Shown piece after piece: positions 10,883 to 23,653 of a DNA stretch of 41,924 nt. How positions within the stretch are numbered: position 1 is the stretch's first letter; every line of letters begins with the position of its first letter. Below the pieces are notes generated by a model. The model did not search any database. It worked only from the letters and a program-made list of their open reading frames with translations, and was not told the DNA's origin. This DNA comes from Eledone cirrhosa (taxonomy: Eukaryota). The stretch covers positions 1-41,924 of the forward strand of contig CAXHJY010001622.1 of assembly GCA_964016885.1 (NCBI GenBank). Direction: 5' to 3'. The translations under genes and the position numbers were made by a program.

Positions 10883-10912
10883 ACACACACACATATATAT
10901 ATATACAAGCAT

Positions 10913-11018
<106 letters not shown>

Positions 11019-11163
11019 TTTGCAACGGGTCACTTTGTGGCTCAATGAAAAGTTAATAAATTAGATAATCAGAGCTATATATCGATTTTTTATGTGGTTA
11101 ATTATGCTAATTGGGAGAGGAAATGGTATATATTTTATCTGGTGATTCTATAGACATGTTTTA

Positions 11164-11204
<41 letters not shown>

Positions 11205-11206
<2 letters not shown>

Positions 11207-11319
11207 AACCAGTAAGACCCCGGGGTCTTACTGGTTCCTATTACCCACTCTACTACCTCAAGTATTGAGTACTTTGGTGCGTTATGGTCCACCTGGTTCC
11301 TTACCACATTTCCTTCGTT
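11205..11319 (+). mobile_element. PLE terminal fragment (family X); fold-back centre at the predicted HHR cleavage site
   Basis: GGAACCAGTAAGACCCC|GGGGTCTTACTGGTTCC then tail to ..CCTTCGTT, in (TA)n. Confidence 0.9.
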
Positions 11320-11342
11320 ATATATATATATATATATATATA

Positions 11343-11439
<97 letters not shown>

Positions 11440-11441
<2 letters not shown>

Positions 11442-11570
11442 TGAAGATTTCATCTGAATGAAACTACTAGTCCTGTAGAAGCTCCTTCTATAAAATAAAA
11501 AAATTTTACTCTGCCATGTATTGAGTACCTTACTTACTGTGGTTATTCCCGACTCAACCCGGGACCTACG
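11440..11570 (+). mobile_element. HHR-headed short element, relative of 41404-41594
   Basis: CTGAAGA TTTCATCTGAAT GAAA..CTAGTCCTGTAGAA; tail TTGAGTACCTTACTTACTGTGGTTA. Confidence 0.75.
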
Positions 11571-11597
11571 TATATATATATATATATATATATATAT

Positions 11598-11713
11598 AAC
11601 GAAGGAAATGTGGTAAGGAACCAGGTGGACCATAACGCACCAAAGTACTCAATACTTAGGGTAGTAGAGTGGGTAATAGGAACGAGTAAGACCCCTGGGG
11701 TCTTACTTGTTCC
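11598..11713 (-). mobile_element. PLE terminal fragment (family X); fold-back at the cleavage site
   Basis: Centre GACCCC-T-GGGGTC at 11696. Confidence 0.9.
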
Positions 11714-11789
11714 TATATATATCTATATATATACATACGTTTATACACACACATATAAACGTATGTATATATATATATATATTTATATG

Positions 11790-11868
<79 letters not shown>

Positions 11869-12574
11869 AGGCTTAGGAAAATCGAAGCTTTGGCTGTGGG
11901 CAAGCAAAGTCGACCTACAATATGAATGAGTTAGCAAAGCACTCGATAAGGGTAGGTCCTTAGAGTAACAACATACGTTTAAATAGCTTGACAAATTGAA
12001 CATTGTGGTAAGGCAAAACCTAACACACAATACCAGAGCAACGAAAAAACTAACAGGTTAAAATATATATATATATATATAATACAATAACAGAGATAGT
12101 TTAAAGCTAATCTCTGACTGGTAACCATCTCACTCAACAAACATTAGGTTATATTTTAATATAAACCCAATTTAAGTGTTTGGGGTGCTAACAATATGTA
12201 TTATGTGGAAAAGCCAGTTGTATTATTTTATGAGATATAAGTAAAGTTAAAATATATCTCTCTTTCCAAACAATTGTTTCATTATAAGTTTTCTACAAAT
12301 TCGGAGAATATTTCCAGTTTATGTAGAAGCCTAATATACATTCATGTAAGAATATATTTAGGTGGGCGCTTATAAATCATCAGTGGATGCCCATTAAACC
12401 TTGATATAAGAAAAACATTTCTTACCACGGTTAAAAATCATGACCGTTAAGTTGCTCCGTCCCGCATCGAATGACCGGCAAATTTGAAATTCCAGCAGTT
12501 TTTGACTGAGGAAGTGTTATAGCGTCACTAAGCGGGAAGGGGAGACAACTACGATCCACGAAAGGAGGAAAAAA

Positions 12575-12636
<62 letters not shown>

Positions 12637-12642
12637 GTTTAT

Positions 12643-12676
<34 letters not shown>

Positions 12677-12679
12677 GTA

Positions 12680-12770
12680 CGGCTCTGCTCCAAAGCATTG
12701 AGCTAATTATTATACTGCCAATACTTTAATGGGACACGGGTATACAATACCTAACTCCTATTAACCTAAG
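12680..12770. repeat. ~90-bp dispersed element in (TA)n; inverted copy at 26176-26267
   Basis: CGGCTCTGCTCCAAAGCAT...CTCCTATTAACCTAAG, nearly identical in both copies. Confidence 0.8.
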
Positions 12771-13173
12771 TATTATATATATATGTATATATTTCTTGCC
12801 TGTTTTTACCAGTAGATCAACTAATCACGTAAGTGTGATAAATCTGATCTGGGACTCATTCGTGTTAATACATTATGTGTTCATTTTAATGTAGATTTTC
12901 AACATGAACACTGAAGCTGTTTGGAATAGCAGTAAAATCACAATAAAATCACAGTTTATTATCTTATATGTAGTGACACTGAATAATGTAATCGTAGATA
13001 TACGCTTAAAAAGACAGGCTGGTCTTGGCTGAAAAAACACACCAGCTAGGCAGAAAGTATTTAAAACTATTTTATTTACACAAAAATAGTTTACTTAGAG
13101 AACTATTTTTATGCAACGATACGTCTGTCTATTTTTATATATGGTTACTCTCCTATTTTCACGCTTCATCTCC

Positions 13174-13597
<424 letters not shown>

Positions 13598-13855
13598 TTT
13601 CGTTCACTATAGAACTGAGAAAGACCAGAAATTATCTTTAAAAAATGTTATCATCCTGTTTTCCCAAATTGCTGCCATCTTCATTGGGCAGTAAACACAA
13701 TTAATAAGATCGTTATTCCCCATCTTCTCTCTACCAATTTATCAATCTGTCTCATTGTTTTGTCACCATCTTTCTATATATATATCTATTTTGAAACTCA
13801 ACTAAGAAACTCAACGTGATGTTCTTACGCTATTTGTGCTCAATAAATCATCATC

Positions 13856-14990
13856 GACCATGCTTTGCAGCATAGAGTTATGGCCCTTTACAGTCTGAGT
13901 TCAAATCCCGCCGAGGTTAACTTTGCCTTTCATCCTTACGGGGTCGATAAAATAAAATAAAGTAGCAGTAATTCACTGGGGTAATTGCAGGCCTTGTGCC
14001 AAAAGTAGAAATATTAATTTTATTATTATTTAATAAAGAAATCATTATTATTATTATTATTGCAGCATAGAGTTATGGCCCTTTACGTTCTGAGTTCATA
14101 TCCCGCCGAGGTTAACTTTGCTTTTCATCCTTACGGGGTCGATAAATAAAGCACCATTAATGCACTGGGGTCGATTTAATCGATTTTCCCTTCCACCAAA
14201 ATTGGTAGCCTTGTGCCTAAATCGGAAAGCATTATAACGGATTGGCAGTATCGGTAGACGGTCGGACGCCATGTTTTGCAGCATAGATTTACGGCTCTTT
14301 ATCATCTGAGTTTAAATCCCGCCGAGGTTAACTTTGCCTTTCATCCTTACGGGGTCGATAAAATAAAGTACCAGTAGTACACTGGGGTCGATTTAACCGA
14401 CTTTCCCCTCCTCCGGAATTGCTGGCCCTGAGCCTATTATAGAAATCATTATTATCTAGAACAGCGGTGAATTGGCAGTATCGGTAGAGGGTCGGGCGCC
14501 ATGCTTTGACGCATAGAGTTACGGCCCTTGCCATTCTGAGTTCAAATCTCGCCGAGGTTAACTTTGCCTTTCATCCTTACGGGGTCGATAAAATAAAGTA
14601 CCAGTAATGTACTGGGGTAATTGCTGGCCTTGTGCCAAAAGTAGAAACAATTATTATTAATATTATTATTGTTATTATTATTATCTAGGAACTGGCAGTA
14701 TCGGTAGAGGGTCGGACGCCATGCTTTCCAGCATAGTTACGTCCCTTTACGATCTGAGTTCAAATCCCGCCGAGGTTGACTTAGCCTTTCACCCTTACGA
14801 GGTCGAAATAAAGCACCAGTAATGTACTGGTCAATTGCAGGCCTTGTGACAAAAGTAGAAACAATTATTAAAGCAGCTAATCACGTCGAGGTTAGCTTTG
14901 TCATTCATCCTTACGGGGTCGATAAAATAAAGTACCAGTAATAAACTGGGTAATTGCTGGCCTTGTGCCTAAAGTAGAAACAAATTATTA
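13856..14990 (+). mobile_element. Head-to-tail array of six tRNA-derived SINE copies (core resembles the Deu/Nin domain)
   Basis: Copies start ~13856, 14061, 14237, 14463, 14690, 14885. A box TGGCAGTATCGG, B box GTTCAAATCC, core GCCTTTCATCCTTACGGGGTCGATAAA, (TTA)n tails. Confidence 0.9.
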
Positions 14991-15247
14991 TCTAGAACAG
15001 CCTCCAATTTGCCCAAAGAAACTGCTTCTACTTAGCTGCAGTGTAAAAACGTCTGCTATTGAATATTCAGCCCAATTTCTTACGAGAATTTTGTAGCTGA
15101 TCAGATAAATTGATTTATTACATTTTCTTCTATTATATCCTACAAAGGCACAACGCAAAAATGTTCATGTGAATTTCAAAGATAATATGCTACATCAATA
15201 AACGCCTGCTGATACTGAGTAATCTGCTACCATCTTATCTTCCTAGC

Positions 15248-15297
<50 letters not shown>

Positions 15298-15300
15298 ACA

Positions 15301-15386
15301 TTCAGGACCCCGACGGTTGACCTGCGGCCGTTTCGACAGCTATATATATATATATACACATATATCTGTGTATGTATGTATGAATG

Positions 15387-15432
<46 letters not shown>

Positions 15433-15444
15433 CCTAGCATACAC

Positions 15445-15543
<99 letters not shown>

Positions 15544-15592
15544 TAGCTGTCGAAACGGCCGGAACTCAGCCGTCGGGGTCTTGAATCTGTTC

Positions 15593-15593
<1 letters not shown>
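15301..15593. mobile_element. Two divergently oriented ~45-bp HHR 3'-half fragments (sister of family X) separated by (TA)n; third copy at 27912-27973
   Basis: TAGCTGTC GAAA CGGC..GCCG TC GGGGTC at 15544-15593 (+) and a diverged copy at 15301-15342 (-). Confidence 0.75.
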
Positions 15594-15625
<32 letters not shown>

Positions 15626-15665
15626 TGTATGTATGTATTTATTTTGGTAAATATCATCTTGGTTA

Positions 15666-15943
15666 AGAGAGTGGGACTGGCTTTGTGCAGTGCCTTTACT
15701 CACTATAAAAGCTTCACGGCACAGGCATTGCTTTATATCTGGAGATCTCTCTGCACTTGTCGTCACATGGTACCATGGGCCCAGCACTATGTGTCAATGA
15801 TTGTCACAAGTATAGTGTTTGTACCAGAGTTTTCAAGTCGCTGGCAGGACTAAAAAGTCACACTCGTTCAGCGCATCGGTAGGGGTTCTCCTACATGGAT
15901 ATAAAGTAGTGGCCGTACTCGAAAACGAGTTGGCAGCCACCAT
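15666..15943 (+). mobile_element. Bipartite non-autonomous RTE derivative (5' UTR piece + last zinc-finger remnant + 3' terminus)
   Basis: 15666-15731 matches the LINE 5' UTR ~506-575; [21 protein letters not shown] matches the ORF end; TGGCCGTACTCGAAAACGAGTTGGCAGCCACCAT matches the LINE terminus. Confidence 0.85.
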
Positions 15944-16521
15944 GTATTTATTTATATATATATATATACCTACACATAAAATCGCTGAACGAACGAATTA
16001 TTTGTGGAATATGGATATAATGTTTATATATTTATTATTTAATCTTTTCATTTATTTTATTTTATTTTATTTTATTTTATTTTATTTCATTTTATTTCAT
16101 CTTATTTCATTTTATTTCATTTTATTTTATTTTACTTTTATACTTTATTTTATTTTATAATAATCTCCTAGTATAACGATCTTATTTCGTCTAATTATGT
16201 TACGTTCTAGTTCAGTATAACGAAGCCATATGTTACGATTAGTACTATATAAATAGCTGCAGTTACTGTAAAAAAAGAAAAACAGAAAATGGAAGAATGA
16301 AAATGGTTGTTGTGTCGTTTACTATTCATGCAGACGAGAGATACAACGAGTGAGAGTTTCTTTCCCTTTATCACAAATAATTAGCTACATCGCGGAAAAC
16401 ATGCAGAAAAATATACAAGGTGAACAAATACTTTGTGAAAATGCTTTAGCTACGTTTACATACCTTAGTTGTACTTCTTTATTTTTGTTTTTTTGTTTGT
16501 TCTGGAACATTTTCTCTCTTC

Positions 16522-16712
16522 TTGTTGTTGCCGTTGTTGTTGTTGTTGTTGCTGCTGTTGCTGTTGCTGTTGTTGTTGTTGCTGCTGCTGCTGCTGTTGT
16601 TGTTGTTGTTGTTTTTGTTGTTTTTGTTGTTGCTGTTGTTGTTGTTGTTGTTGTTGTTGCTGCTGCTGCTGCTGCTGTTTTGTTGTTGTTGTTGTTACTG
16701 CTGTTGTTGTTT
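16522..16712. repeat. (GTT/GCT)n microsatellite
   Basis: Directly visible. Confidence 0.95.
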
Positions 16713-16844
16713 GATCCTATGATCAAAAGCGTTCCAGCCATGAACTCTGTTGATGTTGTTGATTTTCTTTGTTTTGTTTTTGTTTTAGCGATCATGTATC
16801 TAAAACTACGAGGTTGGACTAGGAAGTTCGTAGGTTGATTATAA

Positions 16845-17413
16845 AGGAGTGATGCTAGAGCTGTGAAATCTTGCATGCATTAAATTTCAACTCTACTTAT
16901 TAATAACTGCATTGTTTTTTTTCTGGGACTATAAACCTCATTTGGTCATTCCATGAGAGTATCTTGGTCAGCCTATGAAGGAGTGATGTTAGAGCTGTGA
17001 AATCTTTCATGCATTAAATTTCAACTCTTCTTATTAACAACTGCATTGTTTATTTCCAGGGACTATGTTGAAAAATAAACCACATTTGGTCATTCCATGA
17101 GAGTATCTTGGTCAGACTATGAAAGAGTGGTGTTAGTGCTGTGAAATCTTGCACGCATTAATTTCAACTCCTCTTAATAATAACTACATTGTTTTTTCCG
17201 GGAACTATGTTGAAAAATAAACCTCATTTGGTCATTCCATGAGAGTATCTTGGTCAGCCTATGAAGGAGTGATGTTAGAGCTGTGAAATCTTTCATGCAT
17301 TAAATTTTAACTCTTCTTATTAACAACTGCATTGTTTCTTTCCAGGGACTATGTTGTATTGAAAAATAAACCACATTTGGTCAGTCTATGAGAGTATCTT
17401 GGTCAGCCTATGA
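16845..17413. repeat. Tandem repeat, four units of ~133-150 bp
   Basis: Recurring GAGTGATGTTAGAGCTGTGAAATCTT...CATTTGGTCATTCCATGAGAGTATCTTGGTCAGCCTATGAA. Confidence 0.92.
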
Positions 17414-17786
17414 ACTATTCAGCCGACCCTCACATTATCCAATGTAGTCTCAGAATGAAAAACACCCTTTTAATGACGGCATGGTTGATTTAAGAGGAAT
17501 GTGACTGCTATTTCTAGCAGGTTGAACGACCACCTTAAAGGTGACGTCTAGATATGCCTTTACAGAGATTGTTGTACAAACTGCCATAATACCATTAATT
17601 CAATGTATGCATGTAAGGTCCCGTAACTCCTGAGGGAGTCATAGGGGCGCTATATTGACATGCGGCGATTCTAGAGCTGCTTTTCAAAAAGCCTGGTGGA
17701 GCCCGCTCCTCTCCAGATCTGAATATAGCAGATTTCTTCCAAAGAGGCATAGAAAGTGGGAGAGAAGTAAAAAAAAAAAGAGATAT

Positions 17787-17945
17787 AGAGGAAGAATCGA
17801 TCCCAGTACTAAACTGGTACTTTTTTTTATCGAGCTCAAATAGATGAAAGGCAAAGTTGACCTCGGCGGGATTTGAGAGCCGAAACGAATACCACTAAGT
17901 ATTCTATCCGACGATCTAACGACTCTGCCAATTCGCTGACTCATT
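17787..17945 (-). mobile_element. Diverged SINE copy
   Basis: GATGAAAGGCAAAGTTGACCTCGGCGGGATTTGA...TCTGCCAATTC. Confidence 0.8.
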
Positions 17946-18286
17946 TAATTAAAATGGAGACTTTTGTATCATAGAACCAAGGACTATTTCAATGGCGGTC
18001 GGTATCAAAAATGTTTAAAAGTCAGGATTATTGTTGTCATCATAAATTAACATAAAAAGGGGGGAAATGACATTATTGAGTCTAATATAAGGTGTACAAT
18101 CCTGAAGCCCTTAAAATATTCCATGTCTTTCTCCAGTAGCAGAGGAAATGAGCAAATTTGTTTTAATGTATTTACTTGGATAAAATCTTAGATAATCAGA
18201 AAAGGTCAGCCTATTAATTTTATTGTATTTTTAACATTTTGATTTGTAATTAATTTGGGGAGACCAAATAGTTATTCTTTGTCCAC

Positions 18287-18600
18287 TTATCCCTGAGAGG
18301 GTTGTGGGGGAAGAGTTCTCAAACATTCCTTCCAGCGGGTCCTGTCAGCAGCAACTGTCTCCAACTGATCTGATTGGATCCCCAAACGAGATCAGCCGAG
18401 CTCATGGAAGTTATCCAACAATCTTACTCAAGGTCTACCCCTGGGTCTCCTACCGTTTGGTTTTGTCTGTAAATCTGTCCAGTTGTTCTTTCCTGAAACA
18501 TTCTAACCATATGCCCATAGTATCAGAGCTAGTCGTTTATACTTATGTTAAGGTATTGTTCTCAAAATAAATATCATCAAACTCTCATAAATTCGATATT
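18287..18600 (-). pseudogene. Decayed 3' end of an RTE-type LINE
   Basis: YGHMVRM, then a frameshift, then LQTKPNGRRPRGRP*VRLLDNFHELG*SRLGIQSDQLETVAADRTRWK. Confidence 0.75.
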
Positions 18601-19298
18601 ATGTGAGATAATTATGTGACATAAAGTGTTTACCATGAAAATATAATAGTAAATATAGAGTAATATAAATGCTACAGGGTTAATTCAATTCTTTAATTCT
18701 TTCAGCTCGATTCTGTCCAACTCTTAGGTTATTCTGTATTTTTATGTATTGCTGTATGATTAAGAAGTGTGCTTCGAAATTACGAGCTCAAACTTTCGAT
18801 CCTACAACTTAAGATGTTTTACCAGAGTCTCAGGTTGATGCAAACTTTGTGAGTGAAATTGTGTTGAAGCTTATTAGCTATATATGTAATTCAAACTTCC
18901 AACAACTTTGTCACACACTAACTAAGGCCGTAAGCTATATGAAATTTGAAGCTCTTATAAAAGAATTCGGGTATAAAATTTAAAATAATTATTCATGATT
19001 ATTATTTTTTATATTTATGATAAAGAATAATATATATATTATTCTTAACTCCGAAGCCGAGAATCATTCGGATTCCTAAATAGAATATTAGTCTAATGAC
19101 CCCATTTATACCATAAACGTGGTTTTGTCTTTGCGTGTAATTGTTCTTCACGTTCCACATAACGACGTATTATCTTCGCTTTTTTCCGTTCATTGCCAGG
19201 GAACGTCTTCACGAACCAAAGTATCGTCTTCCTGTTTTCCTTCGGTTGTAACGTTTTTCGAAATATTTACTTCTGCGTTCACAGATTGATTTTTTTTT

Positions 19299-19426
19299 AG
19301 TTTCAGAAGATCTCGTTAAGGGTGAAAGCAGCGATTCTTTGCTTAAACTTTAATCTGTTATTTTAATATATATGTATAGTAATAATAATTACGAAGACCA
19401 AAATCCGAAGAGGGCTCGATAAGGAT

Positions 19427-19428
<2 letters not shown>
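19299..19428. mobile_element. Degenerate HHR element fragments, relative of 34925-35102
   Basis: GTTT CAGAAGA..GAAA GCAGCGATTCTTTGC TT AAAC; shared tail GAAGAC.AAAATCC.AAG. Confidence 0.65.
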
Positions 19429-19457
<29 letters not shown>

Positions 19458-19961
19458 GAAAAATTGTTAAGACAGTTACTTTTACATAATTGTTTTCTTG
19501 CATAATATATATATTTCAATGACATAGTTATGCAATGGTTATATCATTGACAGTCTCCATGTGACATCATCAGATACTCATACAATTATGAGGTGTAGTT
19601 ATGCAGGTATGTAGATATGCTGCAGGTCAGGTATTACCATCTCGGTGTGATGATTTAGTGTTAACGAATAAAAACTAATGATTTAAAAACTAGGATTCTC
19701 GACGGTGTGTGACTTTAAGTTATAGAGTAAGTCCAGCACTAGAGTTATGTTAAAATCCAGCGGCTGAGTATGAGGTTTATTGTTGACTTATACTTTTAGA
19801 CAAGTTCGCCATTTTCCTTCGCTGTATTTTATTTTTGGAGACTGATATACATTTTATTCATTTATTTATTTATTTATATTTTGCAAATGTTATAGATTTA
19901 AATTCGAACGATTCTAAATTAAATCTAAATTTTTGGTAGAATTCTTTACGATCATAGTTAA

Positions 19962-20083
<122 letters not shown>

Positions 20084-20152
20084 ATATATTATATGTATAA
20101 CACATACACACTCTCACACACACACATACACATGTATATGTATATATATGTA

Positions 20153-20233
<81 letters not shown>

Positions 20234-20474
20234 ATCTATCTATCTATCAATCTCTCTATATATGTATATATATATATATATATCCATCTATCTATCAATC
20301 TATATATATATATACACACATATATATATACATATATATACACACATATATATATATATATATATACATATATATACACACTAACAATATTTATAGATTA
20401 GATTCTAACGTATATTTAGGCGCTATAATAGGTAATTTAGGAAAAGTTTTTACAGAAATTGTTGTGTATCACGA

Positions 20475-20750
20475 CAGTTGTGCCAATTACAAATAGGATT
20501 ATAACCACATTCCTTAACTGCCATATTGTTTTTAATTAAACAGCTATGTCGGCGTAATTCTTTAGCTTGCAGATCGCTTTTACACAACATTATAATCATT
20601 TGGTTTTGCTTTGTCGATAATTAGTGAGCTATTATCATTTTATTCTCATGGCTAATGACGTCAGGCTTATTATGTGCTATCTGGTGGTTTGCTTGTCTGT
20701 CTGTTTATATGTTGAAGTTCCACAATACTTTCACATTGTCATTTCCTGAG
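20475..20750 (-). pseudogene. Decayed restriction-like endonuclease region of an R4/Dong-type LINE
   Basis: GNDNVKVLWNFNI*TDR...IAHNKPDVI...LIIDKAKPNDYNV...[16 protein letters not shown], with stops and frameshifts; resembles the ILWD/RPD/IID motifs of RLE LINEs. Confidence 0.7.
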
Positions 20751-20844
20751 ACATGTGGCGGGGTTCACATGAATGCCACAGGTGCAGAATTTTAAAGAGT
20801 AAATGACACCAGAAATGAATCTAAACTGAAACCGTTTTCCTTGT

Positions 20845-22415
20845 TATATATATATTCTGTTGTGATATATATATATTGTGTTGTGGTATATATATATATA
20901 TATATTGTTTTGTGATATATATATTGTTTTGTGATATATATATTGTGTGTTGTAATATATATATATTGTGTGGTTATATTTATTTTCTGTTGTGATATAT
21001 ATATTATGTTGTGATATATATATTATGTTGTGATATATATTTTCTGTTGTGATATATATTTTCTGTTGTGATATATATTTTCTGTTGTGATATATATTTT
21101 CTGTTGTGATATATATATTGTTTTGTTATACAGGTAAAATTTCGTTATAACGAACACCATTATAACGAATTTTTCAGTAAAACGTAATTTTTTTCAATCG
21201 TCGGCCACTAGCTCAATGTGTTAGATCGATCTCGTTAAAAAGAATATATTGTTACAACGAATTTTTTTACACCAGTTAAATTTCGTTATAACGGAATTTT
21301 ACTGTATGTATGTTGTGTTGTGATATATATATATTGTGTTCTGATATATATATATTGTGTTGTGATATATATATTGTGTTGTGATATATATATTGTGTTG
21401 TGATATATATATTGTGTTGTGATATATATATTGTATTGTGATATATATATTGTGTTGTGATATATATATTGTGTTGTGATATATATATTGTGATGTGCTA
21501 TATATTGTGTTGTGATATATATATTGTGTTGTGATATATATATTGTATTGTGATATATATATTGTGTTGTGATATATATATTGTATTGTGATATCTATAT
21601 TGTGTTGTGATATATATATATATTGTATTGTGATATATATATTGTGTTGTGATATATATATATTGTATTGTGATATATATATTGTGTTGTGATATATATA
21701 TTGTATTGTGATATATATATATTGTGTTGTGATATATATATTGTGTAGTGATATATATTGTATTGTGATATATATATTGTGTTGTGATATATATAGATAT
21801 ATTGTGTTGTGATATATATATTGTGTATTGATATATATATTGTGTGTTGTAATACATATATTGTGTTGTGATATATATATTGTGTTGTGATATATATATT
21901 GTATTGTGATATATATATTGTGTTGTGATATATATATTGTATTGTGATATATATATTGTGTTGTGATATATATATTGTGTTGTGATATATATATTGTGTT
22001 GTGATATATATCTTCTGTTGTGATATATATATTGTGTTGTGATATATATATTGTGTTGTGATATATATATATTGTGTTGTGATATATATATTGTATTGTG
22101 ATATATATATTGTGTTGTGATATATATATATTGTATTGTGATATATATATATTGTGTTGTGATATATATATATTTTGTGTTGTGATATATATATTGTGTT
22201 GTGATATATATATTGTGTTGTGATATATATATATTTTGTTGTGATATATATATATTGTATTGTGATATATATATTGTGTTGTGATATATATATATTGTGA
22301 TATATATATTGTATTCTGATATATATATTGTGTTGTGATATATATATTGTGTTGTGATATATATATTGTGTTGTGATATATATATATCTTCTGTTGTGAT
22401 ATATATATTGTGTTG
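20845..22415. repeat. Minisatellite, ~19-23 bp unit TTGTGTTGTG(AT)n
   Basis: Directly visible; interrupted by a MITE. Confidence 0.95.
21131..21304. mobile_element. Tc1/mariner (Tigger/pogo-like) MITE
   Basis: TIRs CAGGTAAAATTTCGTTATAACGAA / TTCGTTATAACGGAATTTTACTG; TA on both flanks. Confidence 0.88.
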
Positions 22416-22494
22416 ACTGACTTTTATTATCGTCAGTTATATCCGTTGTTACATATTTCCCTTATCATGCTGTTCTTTTGATATTGTTGTCATT

Positions 22495-22601
22495 GTAGTA
22501 ATACTTGTTGTAGTTGTTGTAGTAGTTGTTATTGTTGTAACTGTAGTAGTAGTAGTAGCAGTAGTAGTAGTAGTAGCAGTAGTAGTAGTAGTAGTAGTAG
22601 C

Positions 22602-22647
<46 letters not shown>

Positions 22648-23051
22648 GTAGTAGTAGCAGCAGTAGTAGTAGTAGTAGCAGTAGTAGCAGCAGCAGCAGT
22701 AGTAGTAGCAGCAGTAGTAGCAGTAGTAGCAGCAGCAGCAGTAGTAGTAGTAGTAGTAGTAGTGGCAGCAGTAGTATTAGTAGTAGTAGCAGCAGTAGTA
22801 GTAGCTGTAGCAGTAGCAGCAGCAGTAGTAGTAGTAGTAGTAGCAGTAGTAGTAGCAGTAGCAGTAGTAGTAGTAGCAGTAGTAGTAGCAGTAGTAGTAG
22901 CAGTAGTAGTAGCATCAGTAGTAGTAGCAGCAGTAGTAGCAGTAGCTGTAGCAGCAGTAGTAGCTGTAGCAGCAGCAGTAGTAGCAGCAGTAGTAGTAGT
23001 AGTAGCAGAAATAGTAGTAGTAGCAAAAGTAGTAGTAGTAGCAAAAGTAGT

Positions 23052-23104
<53 letters not shown>

Positions 23105-23237
23105 CAGACGCAGTAGTAGTAGTAGTAGCAGCAGTAGTAGTAGTAGTAGTAGTAGCAGCAGCAGCACTAGTAGTAGCATAGCAGCAGTAGTAGTAGTAGT
23201 AGTAGTAGTAGTAGCAGTAGTAGTAGCAGTAGCAGAG

Positions 23238-23295
<58 letters not shown>

Positions 23296-23455
23296 CAGTA
23301 GTAGCAGCAGCAGCAGCAGCAGCAGGACCAGTAGTAGTAGTAGTAGTAGCAGTAGTAGTAGCAGTAGCAGACGTAGTATCAGTAGCAGAGGTAGTAGTAG
23401 TAGTAGTAGCAGTAGTAGTAGTAGTAGCAGACGCAGTAGTAGCAGCAGCAGTAGC

Positions 23456-23512
<57 letters not shown>

Positions 23513-23515
23513 TGT
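22495..23515. repeat. Compound (GTA/GCA)n repeat
   Basis: Directly visible. Confidence 0.95.
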
Positions 23516-23653
23516 AACTGTACCAGTATTATGTTATTTCCATTGTTTTAATTCCTTTGTATGGAATATTCTCTGTTGAATTTCTGAACCTGCTGTGCAA
23601 AAGTATTATATTTTATTCACGTAATTAAACGATGTTGTGGGTATTCTTTATAC

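Noticed and set aside
14463-14555. tRNA genes
   Set aside because: A/B boxes belong to SINE heads followed by core and tail; no complete cloverleaf (same for 35300-35365)
19190-19285. Coding-looking minus-strand stretch (VNAEVNISKNVTTEGKQEDDTLVREDVPWQ*)
   Set aside because: Short, no acceptor site, no recognisable homology
22529-23181. Poly-Leu and poly-Val/Ala ORFs
   Set aside because: (GTA/GCA)n microsatellite
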